A DNA stretch of 64,000 nt from Balanoglossus misakiensis (Eukaryota; Animalia; Hemichordata). Every line of letters starts with the position of its first letter. Position 1 is the first letter of the stretch. This document shows, one piece after another, positions 12,901 through 27,900 of this stretch. The notes under the pieces were generated by a model. It had not been told where the DNA came from, did not search any database, and saw only the letters and a list, made by a program, of their open reading frames with translations. The stretch is from contig CM082595.2 in NCBI GenBank assembly GCA_040954595.2, forward strand, positions 1,015,690 through 1,079,689, given 5' to 3'. The position numbers and the translations under genes were made by a program.

Positions 12901-15900
12901 TATGTGACTGCTCATTGCTGATTTCATGAGAAATAAGACTGTAGCTGATAATGTTGTCAGCTCAGAGACATGTCAATATTGTCAGCTGTAAAATAGTATG
13001 TCAAGACTGACTCTCACCTCTAAATGCTTGATTTCTACCGGATACATATTGCCAACGTGTGGAGGGACAGCTTGGATGCTTGAATACACAGGTTGTGAGT
13101 TGTATAACTGATGTTGAGGAGGTGGTAGAGAGGAAACACCGATAACAGGTCCTGTCGATCCTGGTGTTCCAATATATCTGGAAAAACAGAGAAATGAAAT
13201 GAAATGACAATAATAAAACTAAGGAACGTGAAACTGTTTCAAAGAGGAGCTTAATTAAAGGTGCATATGATATTTGGTCTCTTACCCTCTTGGTGTCCTG
13301 GGACTACTTCTGGTGCTGTAGATAGGTGGCCTCCCTGGTGTTAACTGTGAGACATCCAACATTGATCCGTCGAAACCATTAGTCTCAGGGTGTGCTCCTG
13401 TCTGATACTGTTGTTGAATCTCCATTGGTAACTCCTGATACAAAAGGCAGACTGATTAGGTGATGAAACACAGCAGCTGATTGGCTATAAGGCAGTGTGA
13501 CACACTGTGACTTATTCCTGATTGGCTATAACGCAACATAGCACAGTGACCGAGTCCTGATTGGCTATAAGGCATGACACACTGTGACTGATACCAAATG
13601 AGAGTTAAAAACCGTAACAGTGAAAACTTCACTCTTTGTTTGTTTAGCAATGACAAATATGTGCTAAGACGAAACTCCACATTGTACACAACGGACAAAA
13701 TGAAACATTATTAATGGTAACAGACAGTGAGATATAGAAAACGACAAGAGAAGTGATAAATGTAAAAAGATAAACAAAAAATACGTGTCATGGTAAGAAG
13801 AAAATCAAACTGTGATCCAAACATATTTTAATTCAAACCACACTTAAAAACATTTTCCAACAAATATACCTCCTCTGGCAGTTCATCACTGTCCTTTTAT
13901 TGAGAAAAAAAATAAACCAAAAAATGTCATTAACATTAACGTTTCAAAATTAGTTTGTTATTATAGGTTGTCATAGGTACAGGTTTATGACAAGACTGTA
14001 CAGCAAAGTAGTAAGGTGACTGACTCTATTCACAGACAATCTTTGAATGTCATTTGATTAAACAACACAAATATACTGTTAAATAAACAGTTTCTACCAC
14101 ACATCTTGCATTTCAGTGAGCGAAAAAGCTGTGTGTACAAGTGTGTTTTGAAATCAGCCATGTTATTACTTTGCTGTACGTATGTCGCCATGGAAACTTG
14201 TCCAGCCAATGGGGACGGACAGGTTATTGCTTACCAGATGAGTTGTAGCAGTTGATCTGTATGAGTCAAGAGCATGTTTTGTGCTCTCGGATCGCATAGA
14301 TGCAGAACTATCTGGACGCAAACCAGTAGTGTCTCTCTGCACAGGAAAAATTAATGGACAGTATAGACAAGAACATTTGACAGGCCTTGAACATAATCTA
14401 AGAAGTTGTTCAGGTTCTGACACTCAATTCTAACATGACAATCACTTTCACCATAGACAGTAGAGGGGGGATTCCCCCCTCTACTGTCTATGCTTTCACG
14501 TAATAAAGGTAACACAAGAACATAACATGACATAGTTTGACAGTAACATTTTGAGTCACTTTAAGAATGCAGCAATGTTTTCTCTCATCATAACATCAGC
14601 ATCTAGTTTGTAATCACTACTTCGAGAAACAGAGTTTTTGCGACTAGCACAGCAACTTGACAAGGCATGAAAACATCAATGATAAAGGTGATAAAACTCA
14701 CTCTACTCCTGTACATGAACTGTATCCGTCCAGCTGCTATTTTTGACACCGTTACATCAGACATCTCCACATCTGGATTCTTAAACATGAATACACTGTC
14801 AGGATTGGGCAGAGGGTCACCTTGTAAGTGAAGGGTGATCTCTGCTGCTCCGTCTTGAGAGAATGGAGTCCAGGCTGCCCATCTTAGCGCTACGTGTCTC
14901 GCTTGAGTTCTGGTCATACTAGTCGATTTCTAGAATGGAAAGAAAGTTATATCAAGCGGTTATAAGAGGAGGCAGCACGCATGCTTGTCACTGGCACTGT
15001 GGATGTTGCAATCTATGTGCTACCAGGTGCAACTTCACCATAGAAAACAACGGGTTTGGACTGAACCATGGTGGTGAAAGGGTTAAACTTACCTTCCTAT
15101 CAGTTGTAGATAATGGCACGTTAAGCATATACTCTAATTGAAAGACAACAGTAAACATCGGGTCATCTATCACTTCTAGTTTGATTTTGTTCTTCAGTAA
15201 TAACGCTGTACTCAGACTCTCCCTGTTAACGAAAAACAAAAGATCAAACTTTAATATCAAAGCTCTTTCAAGCATTGACATGATTGATATAACAATCATC
15301 ATGATGTACTTGTCTCATCTGACAACTTCTCCATAATGTCAAAGATGCTGGCTTGCAAAGCCAATACACAGTCCTATTTGTTAAATGAAAGGTATACGGT
15401 CACCTATGTAAATTTAGCTACAGTTCCCATGGCAAATTGAGATCTAACCCTTTATTATTCCCAACATTGATCTGACACTGAATAGGTGCCTTACCTTGAT
15501 CCAGCTGATGCAGGTCTTCCTTTACTACGTCTCATACTCCCTCTGCCACCTTTGCTGACGGCGTCTGATGTCAATAAGTACGTCTGTGGAGGCTGCACAT
15601 AATCCCAGCCATTGTGAATGCCCACTTGTAGACGTCTCTCTGTCACTTGAACAACACCGGTGTCTGACTGGATATCATCCTAAAATATGTGTAAATAAAA
15701 GAGTACATACTGAATCAAGACTTATCATTATTGTAACCCCCACATCACAAATGTGCCTGGGTCAAATATGATTGTTTTCAAGACCTGAACACTCACTGGA
15801 TCTGTAGGGTCCAAAACTACATAGAATACAAAGATTGGACTGCTCATATACTCACTCTTGCCAATCTGTCAGCATTCAACAGCTTACACACTTCCTCTTC

Positions 15901-18900
15901 AAACTTTTCCACAGTTGGGTAGAGAAAGATCTGTAACTTATCCAATACACATGCTGTCTTACTGGTCAGTGGTCTGGGCCTACGGAGGTTATCTCCACCT
16001 GGTTGTCAAAGAAACAACGATTAAATGAAAAGGGTTGCTGACTGCAGCCGAAAACTTTTGACCACCAAGCTTTGGACAAACTTACATACCGGTACTGCAC
16101 CTACAAGTATAATCTTAGTGAACTGTCAAATTCTACTTTGTTCAAAATTCTCACTTGTCAGAGCAAGAAATTGTGAATCATGTGTCATGAGACTATCATG
16201 TGACAACCATGTGACTAACCTTCCTGTTCAGCAAGACCTGGGATTTTCTCACTAGGTCCTACAATGATGTTCTCAGGCAGAAGATGCATGATTTTCTGCA
16301 GCAGTTTGTGTGTGCGGATGGTGTAACAGATTGTACACTCCGCGATCAAGGTTATCTTCTCATTTTCTGTCAAACGAAATGGATATAAATGTTCAAGCAC
16401 ATGATATACCTTTGAAGTGGAGAGGGGGTGATAAATACCTCTCATGCTTAGTAGGGAGCAGCCCCTCAATGGTGAAATACTTGATAAGTATTCTGCCTCC
16501 CTAATATCGCCCTCAGCGGTGAAAGTCAAATTTAACAGTTTACAGTAAAAGAAACTTCCCCACAAAGAAGTTTTCCACATTAGCGTTGTGTGTGCATGTG
16601 TTATGTGTGTGTGCATGCGTGCACACAAGCATGTGGTACTTACTCTCAATGTCATCATCGAGGTAGAGCAAAGCCCTGGGAGATCCGTGATACACATCCA
16701 TTCTCTTGACCGGCTCCGGTGCAGTCGATGAAAGATCAGTCACGTTAGCTGTGTGAGAGAAAGAACAGTCAAGTTTCACTGACAAGTTTCCTGATCCTGA
16801 TTCTGTCTCATCTTCTTCATTTTCAAAAAAACTCTTGTGTTTGAACCCTCCAATCTGTCCTCTAAGCAATAACACTATGTGGAAGTTGTTTTGCAAATCA
16901 GGTTCAAATGGTCGTAAAAATCATCACACGATAATCAAACATAACAAGAGAATGCCTTACTTGATTTGAATGGTCTAATAATTCCCCAACCACAGGAAAC
17001 TCGCTGGATTTTATTTTTCTTGGTGGTGATGACTCCAACAATCTCCACCACTGCGATGATGTTCGGATCATTAAGTGATGTGTGGAAATAGATTGGCTGT
17101 AGACAGGAGCAGAAAGAGGATACATTATCATGACTGAAACATTGAAAGCCACATTTTTTCACAGTTATAAATGTACAGGCAAACGTTGAAGAAAGTTCAC
17201 AGTGACTTAAGAGGTTTCTTGTACTGTTGTAACTTACAAATTTCACCAACGGACTATATGGATGAAATACAAATTACAAAAGATTCAAACTTACCACATT
17301 GTACTGTAGTCTTGCTTTTTGAGTTGCTGTAGTTTTGACAGGTTTGGCTGGCCCCACCCATGATCGACCGAAAAATTTCTTGTACGTGACATCGAAGAGA
17401 GTGACTCGAAGTTCATACTCTGTGCGTTTTCCAGTCTTCTCCTGGAAAGGTATATTTTGAGATGTGTTCAATTAGGTCAAATCATTTTTCTGATAGAAAT
17501 TCACAGACTTGATCCAAGTCTTGTTTGTTTTCATTATTATTGTTTCACGTAGAACTTCGGACAGATAAGTAGACTGTGAGTAGAAGTCCAAGAGAAATGT
17601 TGTGTTTGAACACAAGAACACCTCACTGGTGATACAATGTAATTAGATGCCTGTAAAATTGCCTTGAATGATTAATTCCAGCTCAGTAATATAACAATGT
17701 GGGGACACTATGTTCTGTTAAGGCACGTACAGGGACACTGTACACATGTTACACCAACAGACCTACATAGCAAGCATGAAGGGTTGTCCCACACTACATG
17801 ATGTAGCTATGCTGGTTGACATAAGTACAACAGTATCTCATTTGTTTTGACAGCTCTACTCATCTGAAACTGTCCGTTCTGTATAATAATTAATTTCCCA
17901 AGAATGGGTGGAGTATAAAAAAGGATGATGCTGGCAGAGACATGAATTAACACAAAAAGCCGTTCCGCTATTCATAACACGAAAAATTCTTCATGCTGTA
18001 TTAGAAACTGTTTGGATTTCTAAACAGACATGGTTGCCTAGCAACATGGCACCACCTCTCAATAACAACACACCCTGTGATGGAGTGGAATTCTGCCTGG
18101 CACAGTACAGAATTAAATTGTGTCACATAGACTTCTTGATCGAGCAGACAGTTCTAAAATACATATAGCACAGCTGAGAATGTCCTAATAGACAAGCAAA
18201 TACCTGACATTGTAGCAAAATAACTGCGTATAGCAGATTACTGATCAGCTTGAAGTTTGTTTATCAAAACACTGTGTGGGATCTATTACACCTAATTGCT
18301 ACACCATCATTAACTTGCCCATACACAGGGACATTCCCAGCTGCTTCCCCAATTTACACTCTTAATGAGCAACCAATTACTGAACTTAGCAATGGTGTCT
18401 GTTGTCATAGAAACATAACTACAGAGTAAGTGACCTCAGATGATCTTCGATCAATAGCCTTTACCTTGTTGACCTTTTGACTAATTAACTATGAGGACAT
18501 GAACTGTTCATTGGATTATTATTAGCTTAGTGGATTCAAACTCCATTTATCATCCAAACAAAATAATAACCAGGGCAGAACCAAATTATATGTGTGAATT
18601 CTATATCATTAATTCCTTGTAAAAATTTAATTATCTATGTTACACCAAATTATTGTTAATTTCATTGGAAACTTAAGTTTTGCAGTTGTACATATTTCTC
18701 TCGGTGTTCGTGTTTGTATACACGAAATTACTCACACGCGCATAAGACGATCGTCAGCCTTTAAGAGAGAATGATTAATCTGATATTGAAAATGTTTCAA
18801 GGTTTTATCGCTATCATCTGCCTGAGGTCCTGATATATGGCGACTAAACTTGCAGTTATTATGGAAATTACGATCAGTGGTTGCTATAGTGTCTCTTAAA

Positions 18901-21900
18901 TTTTGAATATCACTTGAATGTATGCACTGTAACATGGCAGTGTTTTGGGCAATGTTGTTTTGTTGCCAAGCAACATATTTTGTTTTGAATCATAAACATC
19001 GAACATTATCTTCAAGTTATGATACCTGAATGTATATGAAATGGTTTTATTCAAAGCACATTGAGAGCAGATAAGTGGGAGGATTTTTATATAAAACCTG
19101 TGTTTGCAAACCTTGAAGACGACCTAATGATATTTCTATTAACATAAGAATTCAATTTTTATTAAGAAATATTTTCTAATAACTACTAAATATGAGGCAT
19201 ATTGCAAGCGATATGATCATAAAAATTTGTACCAACCGAATCATTTGCATCAGGTTGTCCAGAGGGAATATCCATAGAACTGGCTTTGTCGGAAACGTGC
19301 GGCACATTCTCAACAAAAGAAAAGTTGATACAAAATCCATAGGATTCATCGCTCTGGGGAATATTTCCGAAATAATCTTCAGTGGTTCTTCGGCAATCAG
19401 CCGGGAGTGTTCGCGTCTTTCTGAATGTATCTTTGAGTACTTTTGTCCACTCTTCAGCTTGAGTGTACTTTTTGATTATTTTGGACGGAGCGGGAATCTC
19501 GTCCGGTGTCGGTTCCGTGATGGTGACGCGTGGCGTTTGTTCGTACTCATCATCTAAGAATTTCTGCCACTCGTCCGTGCCAAGCAATTTTGGCAGAGAA
19601 TGACGCAAAGGGTCTGGAGAACCGGACGGAGTGATAATCGTCACAACTGGGTTTTTCACCGATAAATTAGATCGGCTCGTCATTTTGGAATCTGCTTCAG
19701 CTCCAACCGTCATCGGAATATCTCGTCCAGATTACAGCCTGCCAGGAAAACCACTTACAATTGATCCTGTGTTCTCAGATAAGAAATCTTTCAACGCAGA
19801 CACTGACATGAAACCAAAACAACTTTCCAACGAATTGATTTCCATCCAGTATCACACACTCCAGGAAGTTGACAGCAAACTTGACCAATCAGAAGCAACC
19901 TTACCAGAACTGCATCACACCAATTTACCACGACATGTGTATCTGCATAAAACACACACTGAGTCACAGCTGATTGGGCGAAGTACCAGGTGTACAGCAG
20001 GTGAATGAAAGATCTGCTTGGATTCCACCGATTAAAATCTCCAACAACCACCAATAATGCCTTGGACAATTTCACTTCCCAAACACACACAGAAAACCAC
20101 ATGAATTGAATCTGAGAGATGGTCATAAGTGAGAAAATTACATAGTTCACTTAATTTTTAGCTCTTCACGATTCTTCGTGGGTCTATGACAGGCTTCACC
20201 GAAAATCACATGGTTATAATATCGTCACTTGAAAGCTGCATCTATATCACACAAGGAGTACATCATTTGTTTAAAATACTAGGTCTTATAATATGCCACA
20301 GGGACTGCAGTCCATCACAAACAGGCATGTAAGCAATTCATTACAAAGTTGCCATGGAGATCCATACAAACCAAGCGACACGCCCAACCGTTTAAGAGCG
20401 ACCTTCCAGGTCAATCATTGAAAACTGTCATGTTCAATATTGCACGGATGAACAAGAAACTTCAGGTAATAACACAGAAATTCTGGATACATGTGAAGGT
20501 GGATATTCCTCTGATGGCCATGATATTTTATGAATAACCCGACAGAATACACATTTATTTGATACATGCCAAATACTGCACTGTTGCTGGCAAAATAAAA
20601 CTGATATTTTTCACTGGTGATACGCAAATAAGATGATGTTGAGTATTCTGATGTGCCTTTTGCTTGCGGCGCTTGTGAAAGTGCTTCTGCATGACAAAGA
20701 TCAGTTGCAGAGGTCACAGTTGTGTGATATTATTTCAAGCACCTACTTGGACACGGTGGATAATCAGGCTTTTGGACATAACCATTTCCTTCACAAAGAT
20801 CCTTCTCCACTCAACAGCCGAGAGACATCATACTCCTTGGGAGTGATAGTATTTATTTTAAATAAAACATGTACGAGCAGAGAAATACTCCAAACAATTT
20901 CCTTGACTGAAATTCTAACGGAAAAATTACTGTAGAGCGTTACAAATTGCATCAGTACATCAATTTATAGTTACAACAACCATAACCACATGCAGAATGA
21001 ATTCCGTTCAGTGTTTGCATTTCCTTGACTTAAATAGGTCATAAATATCAATTTAGCTTTCTCTCTCCAACATGAACATTTAATAAGCACTCGCTATTTA
21101 CTTCAAATGTCCATTCAATAACACCATTCGCTCACTCAAATTATTTTTATTTCTTCACAAAATTCACAGAAATTTATCATGTGTGTATTACTGGTACCTA
21201 GCATCCATTCCTATATAACTTCTTCAAAAGGTTAGACTTGGTGAGAATACTGAAAATGTACAGAAACAATCTTTTGAAGTAATTCTATGCCTGTACAAAG
21301 GTAATCATAAGAAATTATTTTTGAACAAAATTTACTGTAGCGGATATAAAACTGCCATTGTATTGACAATCATATCGAACAAACTTTGACACCGGATCAA
21401 ATCTATCATGACAAACTGTTCATGCAGATCTAAGAATTTAATAACCGCCTGAAGTTTGTGAAATGCACCATCCTGAAATAGCTTTATATGGTTAACCTTT
21501 ATACTACATGGTTCTTCTTACAATATACCATAAAGAAACCTTCAATAAATCATTTTGAGAACTTTACAGGTTTTGACCTGAAGTTATCATGTCATGTTTG
21601 AAGTATTATTGATTCCAAATATGTGTGTGTCTATAGTTACCATAAATAACAAAATCAAACACTCATTTTTGTGGCCTTACAAAGGGTTCCCTTGTAAGTT
21701 CTTTTTCCATATGCCTAGTGACATGACTAATATTATGTTATGTTTGAACATATTTGAAAATTACAACACTATTGGAATTTATCTTTGGATATAGTAAATC
21801 TCAACATGCTTTCTGGCAAATTTCAATTTTAGAATTAATCACCAACAATGATGGCGTCATTGATTTCATATTCCAACATTTTCACCGCAGACTTCCTGAT

Positions 21901-24900
21901 ATAATTGATCTAATATTGACTCACATTTCATACTTCAACATGGCATGTTTTCAGTTTTATTGCAAAATGAAATGATTAAAATCATGCTATGTATCATATG
22001 TACGTACATACACACATACATGTAAATATATGTATGTGTATGTACGCATGTTTGTTGATACTGTTTACAACCACAATCATGAATGACACTAACAAAAGGT
22101 TCCATTTGATTTACTTTTTTTTATGTGTTGAGGGTTAGGTAGCGTTTATGCTTGCCGTTGCGAGGATCAAACACCACTTACAAAGTGTATAGTACATTCT
22201 TTTCACCTCAGCAACTGTCTCGGACATAAAAGGGGCTGAAAACACATGGTCATATACAACAAATGATCAGTCGAGACATTGTTATGTAAATCACGGTCAC
22301 GTTATGATGCAAAACGTTGAATTTGAACCCCTGTAGTAGGGGTTACAAAAGTATTGTTGCTTTTCGAGTTTAGTGTCTTGTGTTGAACATGAATGTTACT
22401 GTTAGACTCTTAAAGAATACAATCAAACTCAAGGATTTTACAATGTGTGTGGTTACGGTGACAAGGTAATGGGCACTTTAGTTTCACTTGGCACAGATCA
22501 AGTGTTCCTTTAAAATTTGCATACATAGACCATTTTCTAAACTCCATGAGATCCTGCAAGATCTCGCGTGGCTAGGCAGTTTATACAGGAAGACATTTTC
22601 ATGTGACACAGGACAGGCAATACACTGCCCATCATGTTAAAAATTTAAAACACCACAAAATAGGAATCTCCTTCAAGGCCAGAACTCAATTCCCATGTGA
22701 CAATTCACATGTTATTCAATATCCTTGAAAGAAATCCTTCGCAATTCATTCAATGTATTATTTATAGCACCATCATGGCCTTTGGTATTTATGTCAATTT
22801 ACAGCAAGAAAGAAATTAAATTTACCAAGTTATTAAAAACCCTCTCAGGGGGAAAACATGAATGCAAATTATCAAGTATATAGTTTTTTTATTTCATCAA
22901 GTGATGTCATCAGGGGCCTGAACAGTATTAAAATTTGACAGAAATCCGCTTTCTGAATATTCATATTAGACTTTCATATCAGATTATCTACATTACTCAA
23001 GAATACCAGTCAATACTTCTTGAAACTGCAGTTGTTATTCAGAATACATGTCAACCAACGCTGTAGTATCAATGCAGTGACGCTACGTCCAGCTCAAAAA
23101 CATACTACATGTATTTATTTCACAAAATCCCATTGAGTTCTTTACAAACAGAAATCTTGAGAGGTAGCGATGTCTCAAGGCTGGACTTTATAAAGCTTTT
23201 ATAATACACTTTCATAAACCAACAGAACATGATCGCCCCAACACTTGTGGTATGTACAGTAAGAAATCCAAGCATTTTTATGGTAAACAAATTGTTTAAA
23301 TCACCAGGAACTTGGAGGAAAAAAACAATTGAGAAACCATGGAGGAAAACAGAAAGATTTAAAACTAAATGAATTTTTGCTTCTGGCAATATTTTCGTTT
23401 CTGGGCACAGCTTCATTGTAAACTTTTATTTTAACCCTAGTGGCTACTGCACACATGAGATGTAAATGCCAGGTCCACAGTGTCAACAAAACCAGCTTCT
23501 ATTTAAATCATGGTGACTAAATATGTTTCATCCAGCAATCTACATGTAACTGGTATGCATGTTGAGAATGTAAGCTTCTTAAGCAGTTTGTATGTATATA
23601 GCTGTAGGTAGGATTTGGTACGGCGAGGAACATAAACAGCCGTTATTTGACAGTTGGTGATTTATCAAACATTTCTTTCAACCCAACAATCAAATGAATT
23701 TCTTTTATAAAATCATGAGTTAAATATTAAACTGGGCAGGATACAAAAATATTTTAAATATTTAAAATTCAAAAAGGCTGAAAATTGATATTTTTAATAT
23801 AGGAATCTTCATTTTGTTTCAGAAAAAGATGTTGAGCTGTACAGTCACATGTACTATTTAGCTTTATTCTACTTTCAGTTTTTTCAACTTTATCAAAAAA
23901 GCAATGTACACTTTCACAATCCTTGAAGAGAGTTCTACTTTCAAATCATGGTTATTACTGGTTACAGACACTTAGTCTCTCATATGACCATCTCTCAGAA
24001 CAACATGTGGTAGAAAAAAAGGATATCAAAGACCTCAAGACGTAAAAATATACTGGTCAGCACACCTTCCATTCAACAAAGCAGCACTTATCAATAGATT
24101 CACCGGAAAAATAAATCGTTGGTCTTGCTGAATATAACTCCATACAAACAAACACAACTCCTCATGTAGATAACAATGGATATTTGCCAATAGATATATT
24201 CACCTTGTGTTCCAGAGCTCAGATGACACAGTAATATAACAACACACATGTACCGTTACGAATACCTGTCTTCCATGATATTATATTCCTGAACACGGCT
24301 TGTGGATGCAAAACAAATCCATGAGGGCAATCGCCTGCAACCAGTACTTATATTCTCCTCTGCTTATCAGATTCCCTCGTTGAGCAACAATTCCATTGAT
24401 GAGCGCCGGCCGAGATTACTGTCTGAGAACCGAACTCTCAGCCTCAGTCTCACACACTTTAAATTTCACCAACAGCTGGACTTGCAATCATTGGATCAAA
24501 AAAAAAATTCCAAAATCCTTGGTCTCATTGAAAGGTATTCTAACACAGGTTTTGTAGCCTTGACCGGCGTCAATAGAAGGAAAAAAAAACCTCTTCAATA
24601 GCCGAATGTACATTTGTATGTAGGTGACCTGAAAAGCTGTCAACGAACTGGCTCACAGCCAATACCTACTCTCTCTCTGACAACACAAAGCAGATAGGTA
24701 GCGCCCACTAAAGCCTGTTGCCTAGGTGCTAAGCTAGTCCGACTGCTTGGCTTGTAAATTTCAGATCTCTCCGTCTAATCAAGTGCGACGCTGATTCTAG
24801 AACTCGGGGACAATTCATGCATAGATATGAGACACACAAGCAATTATCAGACGAAGGTCAGGCCTGTCGCGACTCCCTTCCACCGTGTGCTAATTACCTG

Positions 24901-27900
24901 ACAGTTACTTTCCATCTCATGTACACATACTTCTCATTCAATTGCAAACAGCATATTCAATTCTCCACATGTCAATCATTTGAGAGACTTTCTCTGACCA
25001 ACGAAAGTAGCGACTGGCGTGGTCTCTTCTGAAAACTCCTGTGCATCTCATGGTATGAATGAAAATGTAACGGAATCCCCCACATACTCGAAGTTCACTG
25101 AAATGCATTACACATTCCCTTGATCTGATATCAGGTCATAAAACCATGAAGAAGTTATATAAATTTTGAAATTGGGTGAAATGAAATGATCTAATATTAA
25201 CTAGAGCACATTACTTTGCCAGTATTATTTGCTATCATTACTGAGACATTTTAATCCTTATCTTTATAAATTATGACAATTTCTTTTTCTGTTGTTGTTT
25301 TTTTTAGGGGGAGGGGGGATACAGGTGTTAATTTGAACAGAGTGGGACTTGAATCTTCCTGGTGAGTGTAATTAACACCATGCTACTGTAATATGTCACA
25401 GTAGATCGATGCAGTCCCAACACAAATCAGACCACTCTTTGAGTTAAAACACACATAATTTCTCGACCAATAAAACTAGCACAGACCAGCTAGCAAACAA
25501 ATAGAACAAAGGCTGTTTACTTGTTGACTCCAGGGGAGTATCTGTATTGCTTAGGAACAGAAGCTTGCGGCAGCACCGCCCAAACTGCCAAGCCATTGTA
25601 AATTGAAGCTGCTCTTTGTAAAGGCACACAGAACAATCAAAGTCCACCAAGGGACGGAAGGAGGGAGGGACAGGCGCAAAATGTATTGCATGAACTACAA
25701 TTCAATGTGGTCCCTTGCATTATGTGATATCACTCACATGTGATAAGACCCATGGATCCCAAACAAAAACTTCGGAGTAACATTGTATATTAAAAGACAT
25801 ATCTCTTTAATTCACATGTGATAATCTCATGTACTCTTGTAATCTCCTCAATCATCAAACAAAGATATAAATCAACATCGCATTAGTACTGACATCAATA
25901 CTTATGTAATTGTTGATCAGTTTAAAATTGTCAGTTGAATAACACACTTGGCAATGAGCATGTGATTTCAACAAGACATTACAAGAATCTGATAAAGGCT
26001 GGCTCATGTATCTGTTCTCTGTGACAAGAAGCTTTAATTATCACTTGTGCAGCAAGAGTAGAATTTATAAAATTATATGTATAAAATGAGCACAGCTCAA
26101 CCGACTTGAGGCCACATCTGGCGCAATATCGTTCATGCAGAAATGTACGTCTACGTGTAATACCCTTTGTATTGAGATGGATTTACTTGCACCATATGTT
26201 AAAATTAAATCCATTGAACAAACTGATAAACGTTTTCTCTTCTGTGTGATGCCATATTTTTTGTTAAATTCAAAATATACAAATGGTTGCCACTGAACTG
26301 AAACATCTCTTGTTTCATTTCTCTTTTCTGAGAGAAAGAGAGTGATGGAATGTTTCGTTTCGATCAATACTTGACTTGGAGTATCTGGGGTTTAAAAATT
26401 CAGCCCAGTCAATGTCCAGGCATCTGATAGTGCCTGACCATATTCATGCTTTCTTATAAGGAGCAATGGGTGTGAAATGTTCAAAAGTGCTTAGCCAGGT
26501 CAGTTGTGATGTTATTTGTGAGCTCATTGATGTGAAAGGCATCACAATGTGTTCATGTCAACAAACAAACCAGGCATCAAATACTTTGTTGAACACTTCA
26601 AATTTGATTTTTATCTCCCATCAGGCGATGGGTGTGGTCACAATTCGATGAAAGAACTAACGGACGTTTTTTGACAGAGCAGTTCGATCAATAGAAACAT
26701 GACTTATACAAAGAGATGATATTTATTAGGACCTGTGCACTTTTATACTACACATTTTATCAATGTAAGCGATCTGTTTGGGGACATTTACCGCATATAC
26801 TTGAAAACAGTCTGTCTGAAGACATTTAGAGTTTAGTAGCAAGACAATGAATCTACATAAAGTCTGAATTCCTTTGCTCTAGAAGACATAAATTACCAGA
26901 GTTTACGCAACAAAACAATCTGTTTCCAAGCAATGAGTGATAAATTCTTGTGCTGATCCTTCTGACATTTCACTCAATGCAATTCAAGGTAGAGGGCCAC
27001 AAACCTGAATAGCACATAAAGCAGTTTTCTATTGGTGGATTTGAAAATTATTATTCATAGCCCATAACTCTGTATAAATGCGTACTGATATTGATCGGCC
27101 ACTGGTGAACTCCACATAGTACACATTCAGCAGAACAGCACACAATACTGGGCAGAAGGAGAAAATTGAATTCAATGGAAAGCGAGCGGAAAACACAACC
27201 ATGGTATGTAAACATTACTTCTTCTACAAAATTTACATAAGAGGTGAACCTTGTATGGTAGAAAATGATACTTTGGTATCATAAATAAGGTCTGAATGAA
27301 AACTGTCATAATTCTCATTTTCATATTTGTCATTGGATGTTTATTTGGTTTCTTGTTTTTTTAAGTCTTGTTGATCAATTTTTATATTACCTTGATTTTA
27401 ATAGGTAAGATGTGAATTTTTATGATGTTTCAAGTGAGTGTATGAGAATGCAATAGATTTTCTGATCATTTTATCGTAATTTTATACTACTTAATGTACA
27501 TGTATACCCAACAGTCAAGCATGGAATATTTATATGTAAATTTTACTTCACTTATTGAAAATCTATCAATCAATCCACAATCCTTGTCAAAGCTTCATTC
27601 ATAGCTACTTTGAGTATTGGGTTACGTACATGTACGCGTGTGCAAGTTCATAGTTTTAGTTGACCTCTTTCTTCTGTGACAGCCACGTATATCCATGAAA
27701 CATTTGTCACAGTAAATCAATGTCTATTTTCAACGACTCTTTTCAAGTACAAATGCTGTGCCTCTGCTTTGTTGTTGATCAAGGCTGCATTGCAATTCAC
27801 ACTGGCAAACCTTTAGAATTGGGAAAAATCAATTTGCCAGTACATGCGTATAATGAGCACATTGAACATAATGGAGTTATTTATATGAAAATCTTGTTTA

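Noticed and set aside
19631-20008. 125-aa plus-strand ORF
   Set aside because: Non-ATG start, partly antisense to the alternative NPHP4 exon, no motifs.
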